The notes under the pieces: generated by a model
The model's database searches: none
Told to the model about the DNA's origin: nothing
What the model saw: only the letters and a program-made list of their open reading frames with translations
Shown here: one piece after another, positions 54,198 to 64,000 of the stretch
Layout: each line of letters starts with the position of its first letter
Numbering within the stretch: the stretch's first letter is position 1
Position numbers and translations under genes: made by a program
NCBI GenBank assembly: GCA_951406725.2
Contig: OX597814.1
Coordinates: forward strand, 106,206,001 to 106,270,000
Direction: 5' to 3'
Length of the DNA stretch: 64,000 nucleotides
Source of the DNA: Octopus vulgaris
Taxonomy: Eukaryota

Positions 54198-55088
54198 TAT
54201 AGTTGCATATGTAGACAAGCTCATTTGTATGCTTTATGTATGTATTCTGATGTATATAGTTACATACCTAGACATGCTCAGATATATTTAAATGATAAAC
54301 TTCTGGAAAGTTTTACAGATTTTTACAGTTCCGGTAATGGATTGGATCTGTAGTCTTTGAATTAGCTTTCTCCCTTCTGGTTTTGAGAAGCCTAATTTCT
54401 CAGGATTGGTATTTAGGCATTGTGTTACATATCCCAGGGCCCAAATAATTACACGTATAAACCTGAACTTGTAATCTGGATAGAGTAACTGCAGATTTCT
54501 CAATAGTTCAGCATAGGTATTGTCTTTTTCACTGATCTTCAGCTTTATGTTAACATCCGCTGGGCAGCTAATTGCCACAACTGTGCACAGTTTCTCTTCT
54601 CTATCCCAAATCAATATATCAGGTCTGTTGTGCTTACATTTTATTGAGGTCTTCTCTGGGATATTCCACCAGTATTCCTTTAAATTGTGAGTGGTTATAG
54701 CTTCTACTATTGTGGGTTCTTATTTCTTTGTCTTTGAGATTATTCTTCCGACGCATTTAATTATAGAGTGTCCTAGCTACAACATGTCTCATTAGTAGAT
54801 AAAACCGTAATGACATTTTCAGACAACTGTTTATGATGTGGGTGATATCTTCAGTGTGAACTCCACAACGTCTGCATCGGTTGTCACATTTTACAGCTTT
54901 TCCCCACATCTCTGTCCCTTTTGTGCGTCAGGTATTTGGTTGATATCTCCTGCTCCTAGATTGCAAACGCATGCCCTTCAAAGTGGGAGGTAATATTCCG
55001 GCTATTTGTACATAATAAACTGCTTTGATAATCAATGTTACTATCATCTCGGAGCTTTCTACTAACAAACTATGCATAGTCTTCTGCT
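54196..55088 (-). mobile_element. 5'-truncated R4-like LINE, (ACAT)n-associated family, copy 3 (CCHC + RLE)
   Basis: CRRCGVHTEDITHIINSC knuckle; KHNRPDILIWDREEKLCTVVAISCP..EKDNTY..TGTVKICKTFQKFII*. Confidence 0.9.
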
Positions 55089-55269
55089 ATGCATGTATGT
55101 ATGTATGCATGTATGTATGTATGTGTGTATGTATGTATGTATGTATGTATGAATGTATATATGTATGTATATATGTATGTATGAATGTATGTATGAATGT
55201 ATGTATGTATGTATGTATGTATGTATGTATGTATATATTATGTATGTATGTATGATACATACATGATAG

Positions 55270-55390
55270 ATGTCGCCATGATAGATTGGTAGCCACTACG
55301 CATTTTTTCTCTCCTTGTTTTTTTCTGTGTCCCTTTCTGTAGAAGGGCCTAGGCTCGAAACGTAAAAGACTTTTTCTATTCCTGAGCGTT
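55270..55390 (+). mobile_element. Penelope-like terminal repeat fragment with hammerhead-like motif
   Basis: cttt-CTGTAGA-a-gggcctaggctc-GAAA-cg-ta-aaag; homologs at 57617-57997 and 60105-60508. Confidence 0.65.
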
Positions 55391-55496
55391 GGTGTGTTGG
55401 TCGAACTGTCGATTCGCATAGGAATCTCAAATGAAGAATCTCTGGAATATCTTACAAACCTTAAGCTAACCATGTATCTACTGCTCTCTCTCCCTC

Positions 55497-55543
<47 letters not shown>

Positions 55544-55591
55544 TTTATGCGTGTATGTGAGTGGATATGTGTGCGGATATGCTAGTGTGTC

Positions 55592-55622
<31 letters not shown>

Positions 55623-56228
55623 CTGTATGTGAGTGAAACAATCAGTTTGAGTTTACGTGGAAATATATCAAAGTGCTCAACCGACCACTGCGATGTAAGA
55701 TGGCATTACACACAAAATCTATAACGTCTCTTTTTATACGTCAGCAGACCATTAAAGCCATGATTGCAATTTCACGTCGATGTCCAATGTCGATATGTTT
55801 GATGTTTAGTGGACTCCAAGGCAAGCGATTGCATGCACTCTCTTTACTTGATATTCATTGCGGTTATATATAACTGGACACCAAAACTAACAATAGATAT
55901 AATGGTACCGTTACCTACAGGCATATACAAACAATATTAAGCCATTACATATATATATATATATATATATATATAAAGGAGGGAGAGAGAGCAGTAGATA
56001 CATGGTTAGCTACAGAGCTAGATAGTATGATAGATAATCAGATAACAATAGGAAGAGACTAAGTCAACCAAAATAACATATATTAATTCTCTGTTAAGTT
56101 TTTGTATGCTATTTTCCCCAACAGTCAACACTAAATGGATATGTATGTGTTTATATGTGTGTGTTCAGAGGGAAGGGAAGAGAAAGAGAAAGTGGTATAG
56201 ATAGAGTTATAGATAGGCAGACAGACAA

Positions 56229-56329
<101 letters not shown>

Positions 56330-56794
56330 GAATATCTAATATAGGACTACAAAACCTTCGAGTGAAGAATAATAGAAAATTTATAGAAAGAACATCATAA
56401 AACGAATAAAAGTATTTGTGTTGACGGAAGTGAAAGCCAAGAAAATGGACGCAAAACTGACAGACAGTTTCAAAGAGTAAACAAAAACAATAAGAGAAAT
56501 GTTTCAACAAAGATAAAATCTAAGCTAAAAATGGATTTAAAAATGAGGTCATTTCCTCTAAATAGGGATCGACTAATATATTTGAGTTAAAGGGGAACAG
56601 TATAGAACTTTAGTAAAGTGGATCGTATTTGAAGTTCAAAGACAGCTTTGTCACGCTGTGTCTTCATGATTCTGTTTTGAGATTTATATTCAGGATAGAC
56701 AGGTCTCTATCGAACTGGAAGGTAGGTCATTCAGTTGCTCGAACAAATGAATATTCACCAACGTAACCGACGGAGATCCATCCATCTCTCTCTC

Positions 56795-56843
<49 letters not shown>

Positions 56844-57249
56844 TGTGTTGATTTTAATATCCCCTTCTTTCTATTTTCTATCTCCCTACTTTCCTTTCTA
56901 AGCTCTATAGGACATCATTTTCCATTAGTGTCCTATTGTAATACTCTCTCTTAACCGTAGGGCCTTTATTTGTATGTGTATAGTTATTCATGTATCAACC
57001 ATCGGTATCGGCTGTTTGTTTTCGTCAACCTTCTTTACGTTCGCTCACTTATTCCCAGCAGATTTTTGGTGTTGACACCACCAAAATGAACAATCGTATT
57101 GTTAAAGGCGTGAAATCGTTATGATTTTTTAACTATAACTGATGAGAGAAGAGCATGTCCATGTTTTGTGTGTGAATTTTCCGCTTATTCTCCTTTGTCG
57201 CCTTTCTGTACAATTTTTGAATACGTACATGCATGCCTGCATGCATACA

Positions 57250-57283
<34 letters not shown>

Positions 57284-57483
57284 CATACATACATACATGC
57301 ATGCATACATACATACATACATACATACATACATACATGCATGCATGCATACATACATCCATACATACGTACATACATATATACATACATATGTGTGTAG
57401 GTGTGTGTACATGTGTGTGTTTGTGTGTGTCTCTCCTTTTCTTTCTCTATCCTTCGCTCTCTTTCTCTCTGTCTCTCTGTGTT

Positions 57484-57538
<55 letters not shown>

Positions 57539-57616
57539 ATATGTATGTATATGTATGTATAATATATATATATATATATAACATATATATATATAATTAT
57601 ATATATGTATGTATAT

Positions 57617-57992
57617 AGGGAGAGTTTACGGAAAAAACAAAAGACGAAGACGGGTGGTGTACAAAACAAACAGATGTATTAGTATAACGCTCTGGAATAG
57701 AAAAAGTATTTTACGTTTCGGGCCTACGCTCTTCTACAGAAAGGGACACAGAAAACAAGGAGAGAAAAAAATGTGCGTAGTGGCTAACGATCTATCGTGG
57801 CGTCTGACTCGGACAGAAGGGTTACACACGAGAAGGAAAGTAGGGGAGATAACAAAGTGAAGATGACCCCCAACACGAAGGTGCGTGTGTGTATAAGAGA
57901 GTATGTATGTGCGAGTGAAAGAGGGCTGGTTGTCTGGACGTGTGCGTGTATGTATGTGTAGGTGTGAAAATGTGGGGATGGAGGTGTGAGTG

Positions 57993-57997
<5 letters not shown>
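57617..57997 (-). mobile_element. Penelope-like terminal repeat (inverted relative to 60105-60508)
   Basis: Extended reverse-complement homology; flanked by (TA)n. Confidence 0.7.
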
Positions 57998-58046
<49 letters not shown>

Positions 58047-58185
58047 AGTGATACCTCGCAGTACAAGTATATTTCGTTCCATCCCCGAACTCGTTTTACG
58101 GCTTACTCGTTTTACAAATCAGAATTTCCCATTGAAATTAACTGGACAGATCCCACTAAGAGGACACATAGACATATCTTTTTCT

Positions 58186-58550
58186 TCTTTTACTTGTTTC
58201 AGTCATTTGTCCATGCTAGGACACCGCCTTCGTCAAGGAAATGGACAGCAGCAACTTATTTTTGTAAGCCTAGTATTTATTCTATCGGTCTGATAAATTA
58301 CGGTGACATAAGCACACCAGCATTGGTTGTCATGCGATGGCGGGGTGGTGCGCAAACACAAACATACACAAATATATACATATATATACGACAAGCTTCT
58401 TCCAGTTGCCGCCAACCAAATACACGCACAAGACTTTGGTTGGCACGAGGCTATAGTAGAAGACACCCGCCCAAGATGCCACGCAGTGGGACAGAACTCG
58501 GAACAATGTGGTTGGGAAGCAAGCGTCTTACAATACAGCAACGCCTGCGC
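58186..58550 (-). mobile_element. SINE family A
   Basis: Homologous to 5830-6250. Confidence 0.85.
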
Positions 58551-58832
58551 AAAACGTAACATGTGAAGAATCCGAGCAGAACAAATAATAAATCGCTCAA
58601 ATTCTCCAAGTCTTTCCACTTTACTTTTGTTTAGTCAGTACCACAGACGAAGCACGGATAAGCGAATAAAATATATTCATACAAAAAGATAAACTAAGAC
58701 TGAAGAAATTCCAACAAATTCTATTCACGAACAACTTATTTACACACTAGCTTTTCACATGTAGAATGTATAAAGCTGACAACCGAAACTTTGGATACAA
58801 ACGCATAAATTTAATGGAGAGCAAAATTTAAT

Positions 58833-58943
58833 ACAGTTCTATATTTAAGAGAAGAGGAATTATGTACGTTATTTATATTTGACGGATATTTGTCATCTTG
58901 TTTGTTATTAACACATTTCGGCTGATATACCCTCCAACCTTCA
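58833..58943 (-). mobile_element. Second, truncated copy of the hammerhead-bearing element at 3388-3553
   Basis: Reverse complement tgaaggttggagggtatatcagccgaaatgtgttaataacaaacaag...ctcttaaatatagaactg. Confidence 0.75.
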
Positions 58944-60019
58944 AAATTTAATGTCTGCATGCATAGCCACATAACCATTCAACCACTGAGCTCCATTGCT
59001 CCGGATCTTTGTGGTTTTCGTCTCTGTTTACAATTATCTTTCAAAAAAATTTTTAATGTCTCATTTAAATGGAATTTTTGACGCTGAATCCGTATTTGTT
59101 ATTCATTTATTCTAGAAAAATCTTGCAAGAATGTTACAGGTGTTCAAAGTTCGATAGTTTTCAGAATTTTCCCCCAATCAGAAAACAGCGCGTCCGCTGT
59201 CACATGATAGTAAAGTAAGGAACTCGCCAAAAATTACTAAGTAGAATCACATGATCATCGTCAGCCGCTCAAAACGCACCCAATATAGATGCAAATTCGA
59301 TCCACTTTCTCTCTATAAAAGCAAGACATTTTTTAAACTGCAGTCAGAAGCAAGATCGTTGCAGCATAACTCCACATCTTTCTATCTCAATTTTTTTTTA
59401 AATTAGAGGAATATGTGAAGCTTGTTAAGTTTTGAAAAATCTTTAAATAAAATATCTAAACGAATCCTAATGCATTTTCAACTTCATTTTTCAATATTTC
59501 TACTCGTGTAAAAGAAAATAACTCTCTCCCTCTCTTTCTCTTTTTCTCTCTCTCGTTGCTTACATGTGACCATCGTCCATCTTTCTTTTCTTCACGAGAA
59601 TATCTTACTTTTCCTGCACAGACGTTCTAGGACTGGACGTCTTCTATCTCTCTCTCCTATCTTTTCTCTTTTCAAAGAAAATATTTCTCCCAGCGTTCAC
59701 TATTTTCCTCTCGTTCTAGTCTAATGACCTTCAAAGTTTGTTTTCGTTCGGTTTCCTTGCATGTCTTCACTGTCCTCTTTTTGTTCCCAACTATGACCCT
59801 CCATAAATCCAAAATTTTATTTTGGAAGTTATGGGAACAATTGTCTTCGAAGACTCATATTTTCGTTCAGTGCTCGAAATGAGGAGTAGATAGACAGCCG
59901 ACAACTGATGAAGGGTCGTTCTATGTGTTACTCGTACTGTTTCTTTATTTCTTCTCTCGATGTGTGTGTATTTAAATTGTTTGTTTTCGTACATCATGTT
60001 GTGTACAGTTAGTGATGTA

Positions 60020-60085
<66 letters not shown>

Positions 60086-60104
60086 ATACAACATTACACA
60101 TAAC

Positions 60105-60506
60105 AACACACCATCCACACACCTATCCCCACATCTTTACACCCACATATACATACACACGTCCAGACCACCAGCCCTCTTTCACACGCACATACATACT
60201 CTCTTATACACGTACGCACCTTTGTGTTGGGGGCTCCTTCGTACTGGAGGTCATCTTGACCTTGTTATCTCCCCTACTTCCCCTCTCCTGTCTGATCATT
60301 CTCTCCGAAGTCAGACGCCATGATAGATCGTTAGCTACTACACACATTTTTTTCTCTCCTTGTTTTTCTCTACTTGTGTATCTGTCTGTAGAAGAGCGTA
60401 GGCTCGAAACATAAAAGACTTTTTCTATTCCTGAGCGCTATACTAATACATCTGTTTGTTTGTACATCACATGCCTTCGTCTTTTGTTTATTTTCGTAAA
60501 CTTTCC

Positions 60507-60508
<2 letters not shown>
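60105..60508 (+). mobile_element. Penelope-like terminal repeat with hammerhead-like motif
   Basis: CTGTAGA(60386-60392)-a-gagc-gtag-gctc-GAAA-c; followed by (TA)n. Confidence 0.7.
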
Positions 60509-60561
<53 letters not shown>

Positions 60562-60886
60562 AGAAAATTACTATTTGTCAATCTCTTTATATATGCATAC
60601 GTGGTCTTATCAATGCGTATCTTCATATAGTAACGAAGCTAAAGCATGCAGAGTAAAGAGCGTAGGCTCGAAACGTAAAAGACTTTTTCTATTCCTGAGC
60701 GCTATACTAATACATCTGTTTGTTTGTACATCACATGCCTTCGTCTTTTGTTTATTTTCGTAAACTTTCCATTTATATATATATATGATAGAAAATTACT
60801 ATTTGTCAATCTCTTTATATATGCATACGTGGTCTTATCAATGCGTATCTTCATATAGTAACGAAGCTAAAGCATGCAGAGTAAAG
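60392..60886. repeat. Local tandem duplication (~265/230 bp)
   Basis: aagagcgtaggctcgaaac...gcatgcagagtaaag twice, differing mainly in (TA)n length; junction at an aag microhomology near 60656. Confidence 0.9.
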
Positions 60887-62512
60887 CCGCTTGGTACATA
60901 TTGACTTTGGACATTGCTGTGCATGTGCACTAAGTTTTAAGCTTCTAGCTCACTTCTACTGTTTATAGCAGTGCTTGGAAGGAACCTGTGTAGCATGTGA
61001 CCGGAAGACATAGGCACACACTCGCATGTATAACTATTTATTTATACCTATGTATATTTTGTAAGTGTATATGTGTGTGCTTGTGCGTATGTGTGTACGT
61101 AGTATGATGTTCAATATACGTTTCTATATATACATATTTTGTAGGCCATATTTCTATAACTATACACATTTATAGAAAGCTTTTAACATTTTCGTAAATA
61201 TTAACTTTATTCCCTCTCTACGTCGCTTTCTTCACACCTACTTCTTCCCCTTTCTTCTCATAAAGATCGATACACAAATAAGAAATAAGATCGATATATA
61301 CATCTTTGCTGTCCTTTTATAATACTGAACTGTATATTTTAATATTTGGTGAGTTCAGAACGGGGCTTTCAGCTCGTTTGCTTCTGGGTTTTAATCATGC
61401 CGTGGTTAAGTAGTCTTTCTCCTTCCCCTAATAACCTCTAACCTAAACAATATAATATAACCTGATTAATAAAATCAATATTGTTTAATCTCTTAATCAA
61501 CAGCTTCTTAGGAAATTCTAGAACTTAGTAAAAAGAACTTAAAATGCTGTGTAGGTCTGTTCTCTTGTTTGAGTGTTGTACATTGAGTTGGCTTTCATTC
61601 GAGTGCCGCTACATCGTACGCATAAAAAAAGTATATAGGAAAGAGTGTGAGAGAGGGAGGAGGAAGTGAGAGACAGACAGACAGATAGACAGACAGACTG
61701 ACATAGACGCAGAGAGAGAGGGGGAGGAACGAGATGGAAAAGGAGGGGTTGAGAGAGGATACAGAGAAGAGGATGAGAGAGAGAGAGAAGAGAGAAAGAA
61801 ACGGAGCGAGAGTATGTAGGAGAGACAAAGAAAGTGAAAAAGAGAGAGAGGGTGGGTGAAAGGGGTGGTAAAATTGTGGTTAAGAGAGAGAGAAAAGAAA
61901 TTATTTTCATCATAAGACAATCTCTCAAGGAAAGTGGATATCAGGGGGCCACAGAAATTGGAACAAAATGCCTTGTGGTATTCTGTTTCGTCCATTAAAG
62001 TTCTGAGTTGAAATCCTGCTGGGAACCTCTTTTGATTCTTATCCGTGAAGATTCGGGGAAATTAGTAGCGGTGAAACACCGGATTGATTTATCGATTCCA
62101 TTGGTCGATGTCTTCACCATTCTGCGGCTTGCGGCCATTTTGGAACTTATAGCACTCTCTAGAAGTAAAGGTAAAAATAGGTAGTACATTAAACGCAACA
62201 GTTTTTAGCAATAAGTGATAACTCAAAGCCCTGAGTTCAAATCTCACCGGGTACGGCTTCACTTTCCTGCGTTCCAGTTTCGAAATATTCCCTGTCGGTA
62301 ACACGGGGAATCAATTCTATTGATTGTATTCTTCGGTTATTAGTTTTTGATCTTGAGCCATGAAAAAAGAAATAATAATGTCACTTTCACTCTTTTTCAC
62401 TCTCTCTCCGTCTCCTTCTCTCTTTCTCCCTCTCTCTCACTAGTTCACTCTTTCTCTTATTCTTTCCCTGTTTCTCTCTATTTCGTTGTCTTATCTGTTA
62501 TTTTAACATTGC

Positions 62513-62548
<36 letters not shown>

Positions 62549-63099
62549 CACCTTTGTCTCCTCTCCCCCTCACTCTCTGTAACACCATTTTAGAGAAATC
62601 GATTCAGGGTCTGATCAACCCCCGACCAGCTGCTTCCTCCACGGTGAGGGCATCTTCTATCGAAAGCCCCAAAATAACTGATGATCCCAAGTTACAGCGC
62701 TGATGATGTCTCTCAGCTCTATGAGAAGAGTTTATTTTATCGCCACACACACACATAGACACACGCACGCACACAAACACACACACGCATACACACGTAT
62801 ATCTAATGAATTATGTAGAATCAAAAGAGACTTCATCGTCGACAAATGCCATTGTTTCACTCCGCCATTAACTCGCCCTCCTCTTCTTCCTCCGCATCTG
62901 ACCGTCCTCACCTCATTACATCATTCGTCACGTGACTCGCCACATTTCATGCACACTTGCAAACATGAACATCTGCTCAAAAGTGCACACTGTCACTGAC
63001 CAACCACCCAGCCACCCTTACACACGCACACACAAACACACACACATACATACATACATACATACATACATACATACATACATACATACATACATGTAT

Positions 63100-63390
63100 G
63101 TGAAGGTGCGTGGCCAAGTGGTTAGGATTTTGCACTCATGATCCCTGGATCATGGGTTCGATTCCCAGGTGGAGCGACGCGATGTGTTCTTTGAGCAAAA
63201 TCCTTCATTTCACATAGCTCCTGCCCACTCAGCCGTGAAAGTGTCACCCCCTGCAACAGACTAGCCTTTTGATCAGGGGGGGGGCGTGTTGGCCTGCTCG
63301 TTCAGCCAGACCAATGGCATAATTCGAAAACTAAATATGATGCAAAGCGCATTGTGACCAACGATATTTAACAATGTCCACGGCCTGATT
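63100..63390 (+). mobile_element. tRNA-derived SINE family C
   Basis: A box tggccaagtgg, B box ggttcgattccc, then gtgttctttgagcaaaatcctt. Confidence 0.8.
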
Positions 63391-63458
63391 GATATCATGA
63401 TACAGACACACACACACATATGCACACACACACACACATACACATATATATGTCTTTG

Positions 63459-63575
63459 ATTCCAGGTTCAAGCCCACTACGTGGCACCTTGAGTAAGTGT
63501 TTTCTACTATAGCCCCGGGCAGGCCAAAATCTTGTGAGTGGATTTGGTGGGCGGAACTGAAAGAAGCCCGTCGTA
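63459..63575 (+). mobile_element. SINE family A fragment
   Basis: ggttcaagcccactacgtggcaccttgagtaagtg...gaaagaagcccgtcg. Confidence 0.8.
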
Positions 63576-63691
63576 TATATATATATATAATCAATCAATA
63601 TAGGGTGGCAAAAAAATTTTGTAGAATTCTTTTGCCACCAGCGGCCTAGTAGGAAAAAATTAAATAGTCATAAACCATTTTTACGTTCAAC

Positions 63692-63904
63692 ATCACAATC
63701 AAGGAACGGCCATAATAGGCCATTCACCCACTAGAAATAACAGCCAAAAGCTTTAACCGCAGAATAACATTAATACCGTAAACCAGGGTAAAGGTTTTTC
63801 AATTTTCTCCTGGTTTACGGTATTAATGTTATTTTGCGGTTAAAGCTTTTGGCTGTTATTTCTAGTGGGTGAATGGCCTATTATGGCCGTTCCTTGATTG
63901 TGAT
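63692..63904. repeat. Near-perfect inverted repeat, 96-bp arms, 21-nt spacer
   Basis: 63692-63787 vs 63809-63904, one mismatch. Confidence 0.95.
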
Positions 63905-64000
63905 ATATATATATATCGACAAATATATATATGTGATATATATATATATCGACAAATATGCTACAAATTACGGTAAAGACACCAGAACTCCGAGAAATAG

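Noticed and set aside
59040-59480. DNA-transposon-like non-autonomous element
   Set aside because: No TIR pair or second copy identified
59900-59960. CTGATGA motif (acaactgatgaaggg) as a hammerhead
   Set aside because: No helix II partner or GAAA half found downstream; at most a remnant
63100-63180. tRNA gene
   Set aside because: A and B boxes present but no cloverleaf acceptor stem; continues into a SINE body

Overview
AT-rich, microsatellite-saturated animal genomic DNA with no confidently identifiable intact host gene. The repeat style (dense (TA)n/(TACA)n/(GATA)n/(ATT)n arrays, abundant tRNA-derived SINEs) suggests an Octopus-like cephalopod, which is an inference. Nearly all ORFs in the supplied track are microsatellite artefacts. 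The real coding signal is decayed transposons: several R4/Dong-clade non-LTR retrotransposon pieces, a CR1-type RT fragment, a DD41D transposase fragment, an Hsmar1-like mariner and a DD34E Tc1 with IR/DR ends. Non-coding elements include three SINE families, a 302-bp non-autonomous Helitron, Helentron-like ends and two copies of a 249-bp TA-flanked MITE. The best find is a near-identical 360-bp tandem array (2.25 units, 36221-37029) inside a (TA)n tract. Each full unit carries an extended type I hammerhead ribozyme with palindromic helix III, making it a candidate non-LTR retrozyme or circular-RNA-derived insertion. Further observations: other minimal hammerhead variants linked to Penelope-like ends, an R4-like LINE that appears to target (ACAT)n, a SINE that repeatedly inserts at GGTAT with 14-18 bp TSDs, and several long fold-back palindromes. 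Family names come from motif recognition only; no database search was run.
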